Shown here: piece by piece, positions 26,590 to 45,593 of the stretch
How positions within the stretch are numbered: position 1 is the first letter of the stretch
Layout of the letters: the number at the start of each line of letters is the position of its first letter
DNA from: the human T2T-CHM13v2.0 reference genome, Homo sapiens
DNA length: 64,000 nt
Strand: one strand, 5' to 3'
NCBI RefSeq assembly: GCF_009914755.1
Contig: NC_060934.1
Program-made: the position numbers and the translations under genes
The notes under the pieces: generated by a model
The model's database searches: none
Told to the model about the DNA's origin: nothing
Seen by the model: only the letters and a program-made list of their open reading frames with translations

Positions 26590-26979
26590 TACCAGGATCT
26601 TGGTGGAGGTGTGGTTTCTGAGTGCTCATATTACCTCTTGCTGCCTGCAGGACTCCAGCCCCACAGTGTGGATTGCAGTCCATAACCTACTGGTGCCCTC
26701 AGCTGCACACACCACAGGTGTGAGGAATTAGCATTCCCGGAGGTGCTCCTGAGTTTTGAGCACAGGTGAGTGACTAGGAAACATCATTTGTAGGGTGCCT
26801 CTGAAAGTCCCTGCAAGACAGAACATTGGCTATCCCACCAGTGGCCAACTCCATAAAGCAGCTGTACTCCTTGCTCCCTTGTTCTCTTACTCCTGCTTCC
26901 TGGGATCACTTCCCAAACAAGCTCCTTGATGCAAGCCTTTGTCTCAGGCCCTGCTTTTGGGAGAATGCAGACTCAGGCA
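26590..26979 (+). mobile_element. LTR16-like ERVL LTR
   Basis: cctgcttcctgggatcacttcccaaacaag...ccttt gtctcaggccctgcttttgggagaa...actcaggca. Confidence 0.7.
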
Positions 26980-27729
26980 GGAACTCGACTGGAAAGAAGT
27001 AGCAATTGGATTTGAATATAGGTAGCTCAACTGTACAGCCTGTGCTGTCCCCCACTGTGACACCACTGCTTCATCTCTGAGCAAGTATGGTGAATTTCAG
27101 ATCTTCAGATGGTGGAAGAAAGGTGACCTCGACATTATTCTTGGATGAGATGCTACAGTCAGCTACTTAAAGACAACTTGAATCACCCAGGAGGGGCAGA
27201 GTATAGTGACTTAGAGGAGGGTAAGCCATATTGTTCCCAAGACAGGAAGAGCACCTGGTACTCCTTGGTAGCTCATGTGCCTGGACCATGGTGTATAATA
27301 TGATGGGTATTCACTGAGAGTTCATAAGAGCCTATTGAAAGGCACTTACTGCTTTCTTAAGACTGGAAAAGTTGAGAACCTGAAAGATGTGGTATATCAA
27401 ACCTTTATATCCTTCTATCCTTGGAGACAAGGTGGAGAAATAGAGTATGGATACTAGTTTTATTAGGTAAATTGTGTGAACAACTGGATGCATTTAATGC
27501 TGTTCCCCTCAATATTGATGGAAAGACCTCTATCAATATAGAAGGAACTTTCTAAGCTGATTTTTAACTCTATTTTGTTTATCATTCTCATTTTTATCAA
27601 CTTTTATTCAGAAATTTCTCTTAAGTCACTGAATGCTAAGAACTAGAGGATAAATATAAGTCACATATTCCCTGCCTCAAGTAAAGAAATAAAAGAGATT
27701 GGAAGACTAGGGAAGAAAATGAGAAGTAA

Positions 27730-27930
27730 AATAACACTTATCAAGGATTTGCTAAATGCCCAGACACTGTAACAGCTTTACTTACATTATTTCACTAAAT
27801 TCTCAAAATGATAAATCATGAAGACAATGAGGCTTAGAGAGGTCCAGCTGTGGGCCTAAGATCCACACAGCTACTAGACAGAGAGTGAAGATTCCGGGCT
27901 GGGACCAGGTGATTCCAAAGTCCATCTGTT
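27730..27930 (-). mobile_element. MIR
   Basis: aatgaggcttagagagg...aagatccacacagctact. Confidence 0.6.
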
Positions 27931-27939
27931 TTCCCGTGC

Positions 27940-28110
27940 TCCAGAGTTCCTCAAAGGGTGACTTATCCGTGACCTCCCTGCATCTAAATCACCCGGGGGT
28001 GCTGTCAACTGCAGATTCCTGGGCTGCCTCCCAGACTTACCAAATCTGAATATTAATGAGGAATACAAGATAAGGGGAAGAGGGGACTTGGCCACAGACT
28101 TATCTAACCA
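27940..28110. mobile_element. MER5-like hAT MITE
   Basis: gcatctaaatcaccc...tgcagattcctgggct...ccagacttaccaaatctgaa. Confidence 0.65.
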
Positions 28111-28520
28111 GCTCTTCCTGGCCCAAATCCAGTCCTTTCGCTTACACGCTGAAGCTTTTGAACCTCAGAGCATCCCCACCTTCCCTTGGCTTGGCCATCT
28201 TCAGACGGGGTTATTAGACCCCCGGGGTTCTCAGGGAATATACAACCAATTATGGTTTTAAGAAAACGTCAATCCCACATTTACCCTTTCCTAAAATAGG
28301 TCTTGAAAATGGAGGTTCTCCTTTCTTTTCCCCTTCTTTATCTAACAGAAAAAAAAAGACGCATCTCTTACTTTGGTATATTGCTCTGAGGTGTGAAGCC
28401 AGCCCCACATGAGGAATGACTGGAAAAGTCCATATTGCTGTTGAGAAAGTGAATGACTTTAATGATTGGGTGATTGGGTTCCAATTTCTTTTTCAATTCA
28501 GATGTTTTCCAAATCTTTGC

Positions 28521-29960
<1,440 letters not shown>

Positions 29961-30546
29961 GGCTTAGAGTCTCAAATGTTCACAGCCTGTGGAACTCACA
30001 TTGCTAAAATAATAATGAAGCCCTAGGGATGGCCGACTGGGGAATGAGGGAGGGAGATTTAAAACATACTCAGACCCAAAGGCAGGTTTTTGAGACTAGA
30101 GAAGACAAAATTTATGCCAGAGTCCAGGTCTCTAAATGCAGTTGGAAGATTAATTCAGGAAAGATGAAAAATGATCCCAGAGAAATGAAAGTTTCTAACT
30201 TAGAGAGACCAGTGATATAAATTGAGTTATATCAAACATAAAATTTTAAAGGTAGAAATATTCTAACAGAATTCTAATAGTATTCAAAGGAGATTTTAAA
30301 AAGACATATTTATACCCTACATTTAAGGAAGATTTAAAATATCTAAGTATTATATTTCATCAAAATTAAACGCACACACACACAATTTTCATCAAGTTGA
30401 AGAAGACAAAAACCAAGATCAACTGTCTAAATTATCCAACCTGCTATAACACAAGGGCCTATTTCTACCCACTTACTTTTTTCCTATCATTTTCAGCTTA
30501 TCACATGTACAAGAATGCCAAAGTCCAACCTCCAGGAAATGAATTC

Positions 30547-31875
<1,329 letters not shown>

Positions 31876-32596
31876 TTAAAAGAATTTCAGCCACAACTCC
31901 AAAATTTTAGTGATTCAGTTTTAACCTAAGTACATAGAATGCTGGCAAAGCTATTTTATGGCCTATGTATAAATTGAAAGCCCTACTATTCCAAAAAGGT
32001 AAACTTAATGGATATCAAGAAGCATATATATCTTTTGTGAGATGAGTATGCTGCATACACAAAGAAAATGTGTCTCTGCCCCTGAATTATCTTTGCTTTT
32101 AGACCAGTAGAGAAAACAGGATTTTTATATTTGTAAACTTAGATCAAAATATTACTCCAAAACATTCTGGAGAGATCCACTTAAAAATATTAATTATAGC
32201 TGCCATTATAACACAGCCAGCAATAATGTGACTTGTCTAACGTACTTGGCCCTGAATTTTCAAATACCAAATTGCTGTCTCTGAAAAATGCATAAATTCT
32301 ATTCTGATAAATCAAGGGTTATACTCTGTGTAAAATATCTGTCTAAAACATATTCCTATGAGTAAGCTATGAATCCAGAAATTGGGCCTTAACTTCCAGT
32401 GCACATTTCCTGGTATAGTGTAAAAGAAATAACAATAAATATCTTTACTTCCCTGAATATTTTCTCTGAAATACTGACATTAAAGCCTAAATTATAGTGT
32501 AAGTCAGTGTAAAAATGCTTTAACACTGAGTCTTTTTTTTTTGCCATGAGTCTCTTTATCCTCATTCACTTGTGTGAGTGCATGTGTGTGTATTCA

Positions 32597-32623
<27 letters not shown>
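32597..32623. repeat. (TG)n(CG)n microsatellite
   Basis: tgtgtgtg...tgcgcgca. Confidence 0.9.
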
Positions 32624-32627
<4 letters not shown>

Positions 32628-33399
32628 AAGCATTCTCCTGTACACTGGGTTTCAGACCACAGACCAGATCTTTCAGCACTGACGTTGCTTAAAGAAATCT
32701 GACTACAGATTTGAAACTCATCAACTTCTTATTACTGACCCTTCTTTTGCAGAAATCAAGTCTGACTCTTCCTTGGGTGAAAATAATAAGTGTCTATTAC
32801 ACATGACAAAAAAATATGACTTTCGGTGTGCACTATTTTGACTTGGGAAATATACTTTTCCCCTGTTTTAAAGATAGATTTTCCATAGTGGAAAAATATA
32901 AAAATGATTTAGATGAATGTGTCAGAAAGTGTGAGCATTGGGTTCATATTGATCTGATCAAGACTTACGAGCAGAGGTGAAATTTGGTCCAGAAAGCAGT
33001 TTGGAAGGAAATGCAGTGGGCATGGTTTTAGAAGCTCAGAATTTCAAGGACTTTTGGTTCTTTAATGGAGCATCCAAATTGCAGCTCCATCACAAAATGA
33101 GGGTAACTCCAATCTGACATTCTGGGTTTACGTGAGGATTAAATGTCTCTTCCATAGTTGGATGATCAATAATTACTTCCATTCCTTCACTCACTGTTTT
33201 CTGCTCTTCATTTCACAATCTCTATGAAGTATAAACAATTTAGAAGCTAAGTGAATAAAGATGCCTTTGTTGTAATACTTTAGTCCTAACTTCCTAAATA
33301 CATGCTAAGTAGAGAGTGCTGCATCAATTTGCAAGCAATGAAGCTGAGGGTGATAGTTGAGAGAATGCTGGTTGAGGGGACAGAAGATGAATTCCCCAA

Positions 33400-33530
33400 G
33401 CCCAGTTATCTTAGGCTGCCAAGTGATCCTAGCAAGTCACTTAGTTTCAGATTCCCCATCTATCAAATAGGGGATGAAAATGCCTATTTTACATAAGTCC
33501 AGGCAGAGCATTTGAAAGTGTACATAAAGG
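33400..33530 (+). mobile_element. MIR
   Basis: gtgatcctagcaagtcactt...tccccatctatcaaatagggga. Confidence 0.65.
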
Positions 33531-34871
33531 CACTTTAAAAAATCCAAAGTATCACCGAAAAGATGTGCAGCTAAACATTTCCTTTCTGCCTCCCTGTGCC
33601 TATACATTTTCTGAATATTTCAGGAAAAGGTATGATTTAATATCAGGTGAATTGATCCTTTAGTCAACACTTGGTTATTCATGGTTAGAGAATAAATGTC
33701 ACATATAGATAGTGCCTTTCAGTCAATAAGGTTAACCTCCTTCCTCGGGTGTCATTATACTAATCACACATCTCACAAGGAATTATGGGGTCCATAGGGA
33801 AGATGCATTTAATCAAGACTTCTCTGTGGCTAGAAAGAAATGCCACAGAAACCTTCAGGCTGCCAGGTGTTGTTCAAAATCATTTTAATCTGAATTACTG
33901 CCAAACTCAAAGATTCATGCAAAACCTATCACTTCAGCTTTTATTCATATATTTTATATGTACAAGGATTTCCTCCATGTTTAATTTTCCTAATTCATGT
34001 ATTTAGAATAAAGCTAGAAAATAGTCCATTATATGGTTAGAAACTTGTCTGTTATCTCTATTGTACATTAATTTTATTACTACTCACTATCAATGCTTGT
34101 AATGATTCCCATGAGGTGCCTGTTTGTGTGTGAATGTCTATGAGTACATGGAAACTTGTGTGTGTTTAATAGTAATGTTACACTGTAGGAAGATGTCAAG
34201 GAAGATTAATAAGGCATAAAATTTATAGTAACAATGGGATATTAGAAGAAAATAGGAGAATAATTACTTGAGTACATAAACAATATGGTTCAAACTTATT
34301 TTGTATTTGTTGAATCCATAATTTAAATATTTATTAAACTTCAGCACTTTCTCCAAAGTACATTCCCAGTTGTCTTTATTACTGCATAATGGGAAAGACT
34401 CATTATGCAATGTAATTATATTATATAAACCAAATTCTAGTCACTGTTAAGAAATTATTTATGAGCATGTAACACTGAAAAAAAAATCAGCAAGGTTAAA
34501 CCCTACAGATTGTATAGTTTAATCCTATTTATTCCTTTTTGTTTCCACTGCTGTTACCTCTCTCTAGACAGCATGATAAATATTATATTAACAAAGCTTG
34601 TATTGAGATCTAGTTTAACTACTTTAGAGAGAATTCACATGCAGTCTAGAATTTAAAATGTCACAAAACACAGAAATATGAATGAAGCATCTGATTATGA
34701 GTTTTTTTCAAGAGAAAGATACACAATATTTTCTGCTATCTTAATTGTATTAAACATTGAATTTATGTTATATGTTAAATGACTTTTGTTTATACAAGTT
34801 TTGTGTCTTACAATCAAATGTTTTTACTATGTTACAGAATCAAATTTTGAAAAATATATCTTCACTTATTT

Positions 34872-35013
34872 TATATATATACATACATACACATATATAT
34901 ACACATATATATACACATATATATACATATATATACACATATATATACACATATTTACGTATATATATACACATATATATACGTATATATATATATATAT
35001 GTATATATATATA
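34872..35013. repeat. Compound (TA)n/(TATATACACA)n microsatellite
   Basis: Direct inspection. Confidence 0.95.
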
Positions 35014-35299
35014 AACTTTTCCCCTTCTGCAGCAGTCTTGCATGAACAAACAAAAGCTAAAGAGGGAATACATGGGAATTAAAATTTCACTGAGGACATT
35101 TCCCGGTAGCCAAGGTAATAGAGACTACCTAAATAAGAATCTCTCCACACATACCCCAGAAACATTACCAAATTACAAAAAGAGCAAATAAAATCACATA
35201 AATCTTATGCTTTCTGCAAAATTAAAAAAATAGAGAATACTGAATACTTCTAATTACATGAAAAATAAACATCAAAATTCAAAAAATAAACAGCAGATT

Positions 35300-37450
35300 A
35301 TTTCTTGAATTTCTACTACAAACCTTTGCTAAGAGAACTGGTAGAGGTTCTGGAAAAGCTGCATAAGATTGAACAAGGTGAAGTGAGATAAATCCCTCAG
35401 AAATAAAGAGTTCACTGTAAGTGTGATAATACTGAAAAAGAATCCTTGTAGATAAGAGTGCTGACCAGAGGAAACACACTAAAAGTGGGCATGGGACTTC
35501 TATGGGCAGTTTGAAAAAAATAATAATGTTTCTGAAGGAAAAAGAATATAAAGAGACTTTGGAGATTGGATGAGGAAGGAAAAATAAACAAGAAAGAAAA
35601 TTTAGGGCTCTGCAAGACTAAATGAAATAAAAATAAAATCAAAGTATGCACACCCTCTCCCCAAAAAGAAGCCATTCATTGAAAAAACTGCACTACACAT
35701 AAGAAGAGAATGGTCTTGTAAATTATCCCAAGCCACCAACCATGTACATGTATAATGGGAACATAAGGAATCTTCATCTCTAAAGCTCTTCTAAGAAGCA
35801 AACAACAACAAAAAATCAAAGTATATCACCTGATAGGAGGTTTCCTCTTCTCTGCCCTGAATAGCCATAAAGCAGAGGAAAAAATGTAAGAAAAAATTCT
35901 AAACTAAATTAAGTATCATTAAACCAGTATTGGGGGATGTAAAAAACATAATGAAAAATAAATTTTCTAAGATTTAAAACAGGAAGATGTAAAACAAGGG
36001 TTGGCTAAACTTAGAAAATAAATATTAAAAAAGACAAACATCATATCAAAAATAATATCTCAGGTTCATGGTGCCTAAGAGAGAACGTATATGAATGAAA
36101 ATTTAATAAGGAGTATATAGGAAAAGAAAATTTGAAAGCTGAGAGGAAAAAAAATTGAGATTAAAAAAGAGAAAAAAGGGGAGGAAGAGAAATGTTTAGA
36201 GGGAAAGTGATTGAAATGGAAGACAGGCAAAGGAAGTCCAACATACATACTATTGGGGTCCCTGAATTTGGAAACCAAATATTGAAAGAGAACTAATATT
36301 TAAAACTATATTCCAGTTAAACTTTCTGGAAAGAAAAGACCCTACCTTGTATAGGAAAGAGCTCCCAGGCTACCTGGGATAATTGACCCAAAATGATGAA
36401 TTCTGATACCTACCTATTTAAATAAAATTGTTAGATTTTAAAGATAAAGAAAAATATTCAAATGCTGTTCAAAAAAATATCAAATTGCTTACAAGGGCAA
36501 GAGAATTTAACTAGCAACAGGCTTCTAAATAGTAATAGGCAAAGAGAAGCAAAATTGAATAGCATTGTCAAGAAACTTAAGGAAATAAATTATAAGCCCA
36601 AATTGTGATTTTTCAGTCATGCTGTCCTTCAAATATCAAAGCCACAGGAAAAATTTTAAACATGCAACAACTCAGAGAACGCTGGGGAAAACAGCAGCAA
36701 AAGAATTGACTGTGTGCATTTAATTATAGATGTAACACTAAAACTAGGTGGAAAAGTAATATCCAGATGTTATACGATAGGAGGAGACAGAAATAATGCA
36801 GTTAAAAATAAGGACACAAGGAACAGGGCAAGAGAAAGTAGAACAAGCTCATTTTTAATTGTGTGGGTACTAAGTGGGAGTCAAGGATACCACTAAAAAA
36901 GAATAACCAGACAGCAAAGTTAAATTGTAAAAATCCAGGGAACTAAGTACATTAAAGCAAGCATTCAAACAAAAAGAGACTCTTCTAAATACCAAAAGAA
37001 AAAAGCAATTAAAACACATCCTGTGGAGACAAAAATACAGCAAATATTACATAATACATATAGCAATTATAACAGAGTATGACAAAGGTGAGACCGAACA
37101 TATCAGTAATATTAGTAAATGTGAATGGATTTAACCCACCTGTTAAAGCAAAAGATACTTTTCTCACAAAGAAAGACCCAACATTATAATGTATATAAAG
37201 GATACCTCTCAAAGCACATGTAGAACCCTGTTATTTAAGAAGGCTGAAATGAAGGGACAGTCAAAAGAATACTAGTCAAATGGAAGAAATAAGAAATCAG
37301 GGCTTGTATTTCTGATCTTAGAAAAAAGTAGAATTCAAGCTAAAAAGAAAGTGAAATATGACAAAGGATACTTCTGAGTGTTAAAAAATACCGTAATTAA
37401 TAATAAAGACAAAAAACACGAATGCCTGTGGATGAAAAAGGTAGAGCAAG
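35300..37450 (+). mobile_element. Old L1M ORF1 to ORF2 endonuclease start, decayed
   Basis: A-rich; aggaagtccaacatacatactattggggtccctgaa; aaatgtgaatggatttaac...aaagacccaac. Confidence 0.65.
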
Positions 37451-37474
37451 CACTTCCACGTTTTTAGAGTGTAT

Positions 37475-38559
<1,085 letters not shown>

Positions 38560-38776
38560 CCACTTTTATAAAGTGTATCCTACAGGCGGTATTAGGGGAC
38601 AGAAACAAACACACCAATAAGTGGAGTCTTTACAATATCACTCTTAGTGCAAGTTAGATCAAGGGGACAAAATAAATTTAGTAAGGATGTATAATACTTA
38701 AACACAATATGGTGAGCTGTATCCTCTCTTTTTCTCTCTCGCTATATCAAATTTTATACAATAAAACAGAGGATTC

Positions 38777-39838
38777 GATAGGCCCCTCTCATCTTTGGAT
38801 TCATTGCAATTTCAGTTATCCAAGGTCAATGGAGGTCTGAACTTATGAAATGGAAAATTCCAGAAATTAACAATATGTGAGTTTAAAATTGAATGCTGTT
38901 CTTGGTAGTGAGACGAAATCTCACGCTGTCCCGCTGCATCCCACCCGGGACGTGAATCATCCTTTTGTCCAGCGTACCCTTGATGTCTATGCCACCTGCC
39001 CATTGGTCACTTCATAGCCATCTGGACTATCAGATCGGCTGTGATGGGATGGTAGTGTTTGTGTTCAACTAACTCTTATTGTCCTTAATACTGGCCTCAA
39101 ATGCAAAAGTAGTGATGATGGCAATTCAGACTTGCCAAAGAGAAGCCATAATGTGCTTCCTTTAAGGCAAAAGGTGAAAGTTCTCAACTTAGTAAGAAAA
39201 GAAAAAAAAAAATCCTATGCAGAAGTTGCTAAGATCTCCAGTAAGAATGAGTCTTCTATTGGTTAAATTGTAGGGAAAAAAATTATCCCAGTTTTGCTGT
39301 CACACCTCAAATCACAAAAGTTGCAGTGTGTGATAGGTTAATTAAGACGGAAAAGGCATTACATTTGCGGGTGGAAAACATGAAAATTCCAACTGATGAT
39401 GACCATGTGTTGCGCCAGAAAGTACTGAGCCTATATCAAGACTTCAGCAAGAGATCCCTTGCAAAGAGTGACACCAAGCCATTTATTGCAAGTAAGGAAT
39501 AACTATACAGATTCAGGTGTGGACTGAAAAATATAAAAATTACTGGAGAGGCTGCATCTGCTAATGAAGAAGCTGCTGCCACGCTTCCAGCAGAGCTGAA
39601 GTTGATTAAGGAGAAAGGATACCATCTAAAGCATTGAAGTGAGCTCTACTGGAAGAAGATGCCCAATAGAAATAACATTTTTTAAAGTGCAAAAGAGGCA
39701 CCAGGGCATGGAATATGGAAGGACAGATTGCCTCTGATACTATACAGCAAACCGTATACAGGATTCGGTACTATCTGTGGTTTCAAGCATCCATTGGGGG
39801 TCTTGGACCGTAACTCCTGAGGATGCAGGGGGTGGTGT
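38777..39838 (+). mobile_element. Tigger7/MER44-type TcMar DNA transposon derivative
   Basis: aaatggaaaattccagaaat...ccacccgggacgtgaatcatcc; decayed transposase N-terminus (PKRSHNVLPLRQKVKVLNLVRKEKK); end catccattgggggtcttgga. Confidence 0.82.
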
Positions 39839-39870
39839 ATGGTACTTCTCAAGTGCCAAGGGGATACTTG

Positions 39871-40245
39871 TGTTATGGACTGAATGTGTGTGCCTTCTTC
39901 TCCCACACTCCAACTCATGTGTTGAAGCCCTAACCCCCAGTGTGGCTGTATTTGAAGACAGGACCATGATGGAAATAAAGTTACATGAAATAAGGCCATA
40001 AGGGTGGAGCTCTGATGCATACAATCAGTGTCCTTATAAGAAGAGACACCAACTCAGTGTGCATGCACAGCGGAAAAGCCATGTGAGGACGCAGGCAGAA
40101 GGCTGCCATCTACAAGCCAGGAAGAGAGCCCTTACCAGAAACCCACCATGCTGGCACAATGATCTTGGACTTCCAGCCTCCAGAATTGTGTTTAAGCCCC
40201 TCAGTTTGTGATATTTAGTTATGGCAGCCTGAGCACACTGATGCA
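39871..40245 (+). mobile_element. MLT1A0-like solo LTR
   Basis: tgttatggactgaatgt...gttgaagccctaacccccag...gttatggcagcctgagca. Confidence 0.85.
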
Positions 40246-41366
40246 ATTCACAAAGAGTAATCATATGTTAACTTACAAAGACAGATTAAGTAAATTTTCT
40301 AAAAAATAGTAATATTATAAGCAATACTGTTTTATTATAATTCAACAAGACTAGAAATAAGAATGGAACTTAAAAAGACCTTACCACCTGGAAAGTAAGA
40401 AGCCTTCTCTTAAATAATTCCCGAGTAAAACTGTAAATACAGAAATTACAAAATTTTTGAAAAATAATGTTAATGAAAACAGTGCATATCTGTTTGTATG
40501 AAACACATTTAAAATAGTTATTAAAGGGAAACGTACAGACTTAAATACTTATATTTTAAAATAAAAGGATGAAAATAATTAAATTTCTAACCCCAAAAAA
40601 CTAAAAAATGAGACTAAAGCAATCCATAGAAGGAATATGGAAGAAAACAATAAGGATAAAAGTAGAAATTGATGAGGTAGAAAAGAAAAAAAAATCTAAT
40701 TAATAAATCAAAATACTGTTTTTTATTAACAAACTGCAAAGCCACTAGCTAATATAATCAAAAAAGGAGAAATGACTTCATAAAATAAGAAATAACTAAC
40801 GGAGGCAACCACTGGGACTGGAAAACAGTTAAATTCACATATTCATCAGACTCTAAATAAATGAGCTGGAAACCCAGATGAAATCCCTAACTTACTTGAA
40901 AAACACAGTTTGCCAAAATTGATCCTATTAAAGAAAAAGACTTAATCAGATTAATATTTGTGGAAGCAATATAAAGTTAACAAGGAACTATTTCACAAAG
41001 AAACACCAAGATCAGACGGTTTCATAGGGGACTATTACCAAACCTTTAAAGACATTTAAAGAGAGAAAAAAAAAGTGAAATATAGAAATATAAAAGAGGC
41101 CATTACTATAGACAAAAATAATTACCTACATTAAGGTTATTTTACAAACAATTTTATAGCAATAAATTTTACAATTAGATGAAATGGGCACATTCTTCGA
41201 AAACAAATTACCAAAATTGAAACAAGAAAAATATTTTAATACATAAATAGTTCTACGTCCATCGAATAAATTGAATTTATAACCAAAAATCTTTCTACAA
41301 AGAAAACTCCAGGCTAAAATGGCTTCATTGGTGAATTATGTTAAACACTTAATAAAGTATTAAGGG

Positions 41367-41516
41367 GGCCAGGTGTGGTGGCTCACACCTGTAATCCCAA
41401 CAATTTGGGAGACTGAGATGGGAATACTGCTTGAGCCCAGGAGATCAAGGATACAGTGAACCATTACAGTGCCACTGTACTCCAATCTGGGTGACAGACT
41501 GAGATCCTGTCACAAA
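41367..41516 (+). mobile_element. Alu monomer (FRAM-like or internally deleted AluJ)
   Basis: Single ~150-bp unit ggccaggtgtggtggctcac...gtgacagactgagatcctgtc. Confidence 0.85.
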
Positions 41517-42300
41517 TATATGTATATATATTATAGTGCTTATATAATAAAAGTTGCATATATATTATATATAGAATTATATATAATGCTAATATTACAT
41601 AAATTCTATGAGAAAATACAAGAGGGAGGAAAATACCCTAATTCAGTTTACAGAGCTAGCATAACTCTGACACTCAAAGCTGACAAGGACTTTACAAGAA
41701 AAACAATTGATCGATGTAACTCATCAATGTAGATTGGAAAATGATAAGATATTAACAATTTGAATCCAACAGTATATAGAAAAAAATTCCACATGACAAA
41801 CTGATTTTACATTTTAAATCAACATACAGATAACCTAGAATAACTAAAAAAATTTTGAAAAAGAACAAAAGTGAAAAACTTGTTATCAAGAATTACTGTA
41901 AAGCTACAATATTCATGACAAAGTGAAATTGCTATGAATATAGACATATGGATCAATGAAATAAAGAATCCAGAAACAGACCCAAAGGCATGTTCAGTTG
42001 ATTTTTTGATAAAAATTCCAAGGAAATTCAATATGAGAAAAGGATAATTTTTTTCAAAAATGGTGCTGAAACAAAGGGATAGCCATATGCAAAAACATGA
42101 ACCCCTACCCTTACCTCATTCACAAATAGTACCTCAAATTTTACCATAGACCTAAACATAAGGGTTGAAGCTGTAAAACCTGCAGAAGAACACCACCGAA
42201 TAGAATCTCATTATGACCATGGGTCAAATAGATGAAAATGCACAAATTATCAAAAACCTGATAAACTGGACTTCATCAAAAATTGAGATTCTTTTCTTTA

Positions 42301-42657
<357 letters not shown>

Positions 42658-42832
42658 TCAGAAAATAAAAAGAAAAGCCACAGAATTAGAGCAAATATTT
42701 GTGAAACATATATCTGATAATGTTTCTGTAGCCAGAATATAAAAAGAACTCTTATAATTCAGTAATTACAAAACCACTTCATTAACATGGGCAAAATATT
42801 TAAAACAACATATCACACAGAAAATATGTGAA

Positions 42833-43135
42833 CCGGGCGCTGTGGCTCATGCCTGTAATCCCAGCACTTTGCGAGGTCAAGACATGTGAATCACGAGATC
42901 AGGAGTTCGAGACCAGCCTGGCCCACGTGGTGAAACCCCATCTCTATTAAAAACACAAAAATTAGCCAGGCGTGGTAGTGGGTGCCTGTAATCCCAGCTA
43001 CTTGAGAGGCTGAGGCAGGAGAATCGCTTGAACCAGGAGGTGGAATTTGCAGTGAACTGAGACTGCGCCTTTGCACTCCAGCCTGGGCGACAAGCGAGAC
43101 ACTGTCTCAAAAAAAAAAAAAGAAAAAAGAAAAAA
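42833..43135 (+). mobile_element. AluS (Sg/Sc-like)
   Basis: tcacgagatcaggag; TSD agaaaatat[g/a]tgaa. Confidence 0.93.
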
Positions 43136-44214
43136 AGAAAATATATGAAGGGTCAATAAGCACATAAAAAGATGCTCAACATTATTTTACCCACCAGGGA
43201 AATTCAAATGAAAACTACAGTATGATTTACTATACATTCCCTAGAATGATTAAAATGAATATTACTAACAATACCATTTTTAGTGAGGATGTGGAACAAC
43301 TAGAACTCTCATAAACTGATCATGGTCATGTAAAATTGTACAAACACTTTGGAAAACAGTCCAGCTGTTTCTTAAAAAGTTAACATACACTTTCCAAACT
43401 ACTCAGGGGAAATTAAGGCATGTCCACAAAAGACCTGTACAAAAATATTCAGAGGAGCTTTATTCATAAAAGCAAAAGTTAAAAATAACCCAAACATCCA
43501 ATGGTTAAACAAGTTGTGTTTATTTATACAATGGAATATGATTCAGCAAAAAAGGAACATATTACTGATAAATGCAATAGTGTGGGTGAAAGAAGCCAGG
43601 CAAATACAGGCACATAAAGTTCTAGAAGAGGCAAAATTAAAAGATTGTGAGAGAATTCAGATCATTCCTTGCCTAGAGGTGAGCAAAATGGCAGGAGAGA
43701 ACTTTCTAGAGTATTGAAGATATTTTATATCTTCTTTGGTGTGATATTTAAATGGGTATATATGTTTATCAGCCTCTATACTAAAAAATCTGTTTATTTT
43801 GTGGTATATACATGACATTTGAATAAAAATTGATTTTTAAAAATAAAGACCAAGTAAAAGTGTTTTCACACAAGTAAAAGCTGAGAGCAATTACCAGAAC
43901 TACCCTTAAGAAATATAATAAAGCCTTCAGCTGAAGAAAAATGATTTAACAGGAAAGCACGGATGTGCTAGAAGATATAAACATTATCACAAAGTTTAAA
44001 AGGTGTTTCTTCAAAACAACAACAATAGTAATGTCTGCAGGGTTTAAAACTTATGTAGAAGTAAAATGTATTATAAAAGTTTCACAAAAAATGAGAAAAA
44101 AAAAGAGTTAAATTTTTATAAGGCTTTTCATTGTTAGGGATGTAGTAAAAGCACTAATTTAAGAGATGATGTAAATAGGTCAAAGACGCTTCTTGTATTT
44201 TCTAGGGTAACCAC

Positions 44215-44295
44215 ATATATATATAACTAATATATATATAACTAATATATATGTAAAACTAATATATATATGTATATACATATATACATATAACT
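44215..44295. repeat. AT-rich low-complexity tandem (tatatataactaa units)
   Basis: Direct inspection. Confidence 0.8.
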
Positions 44296-45593
44296 AATAA
44301 ACCAAAAGAGGAGGCAATGGAATAGTAAAAAATATTTAATTAATCTAAAAGAAGCAAAGAAAAGAGGAACAAAGTACTAAAGAACAAAAAAAAAAATACA
44401 GAGTAAGCAAACATCACGGTCCATTTAAGCCCAACTATATTAATGATTACATTACATATGAATCAGCTAAAATTTTAAATTAAAGGACAAAAACAATCAG
44501 ACTGGATTTTTAATTTAAAAAGCAAATAATGTATTTTTATAAGAGACACACTTTAAATGTAAAGACACAAAAAGTTCGAAAGTTAAATTATAAATAATGA
44601 TACGCCATGAAAATATTATCTTAAGGAGATCTAATGTCGCTATACTAATATCAGGCAAAGTAAAATTTTAAGGCAAAAAATATTTCTGGAAATAAAAAGG
44701 GACATCGTCTATGATAAAATTACCAATTTAACAGGATGTTACAAAAATCTTACATTTGTATGCACCAAATAAGACATCTTCAAAAGAGATAAAGCAAAAT
44801 GTAACAGAACTAAAGAAGAGCATTAGGCACATAAACAATTGTAGGTAAAGACTTTAGCATACCTCCCCCCTCAGCAGGTAAAAGCAAACGAACCAATAAA
44901 GATATAGAATATTTGAATAACTTAACTAAACAGCTTGACCTAATTGATGTGTATAGAATACAACTACAAAATAGGCATCATTTTCATGTGCACAGAGAAT
45001 GTTTACCAAAATGAAGCATATGTTGGGAAAGAAGGCAGGTCTGCATAAATTTCAATAGATTGAAATCATACAAAGTGTGTTCTATGACCACAGCAGAATT
45101 ATTAAAATAAAAACTGATAATGAAATATACCTATGAAAATCTCTAGAGAGATGGAAATTAAGCAACCCCACTTCCACATTAGCCATTGTTGAAGAGGAAG
45201 TTGCAATGGAAATTAGAAAATATTTTGATCTAAATTATAATGAAATGACAACATATCAAAATTTGTACAATATACTTCAAACTGTTGCATGAAAAAAATT
45301 CTAGCTCTAAATGCACATGATAAAAAAGAAAAAAAGACTAAAAATCAAGAATATAAACTTTGCTTTCAAGAAGCTAGAAAATGTACAGCAAATTAAGCCC
45401 ACATAAATTAGAGGAGAAGAAATAATAAAGTTTTTTATCAATAAAATTGAAATCAAATACATAAAAGAGAGCATCAACAAAGCTAAAAGTTGATTCTTTG
45501 AAAAAAATTAATAAAATTTATAAACCTCTAGAAAGTTTGGTCAGGGTGAAAAAAGAAAGACCTGTTTTCAATACCAGGAATTAAAAAAATGTT

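Noticed and set aside
34757-35082. Y/I/T/H-rich ORFs
   Set aside because: Translations of a (TA)/(CA) microsatellite
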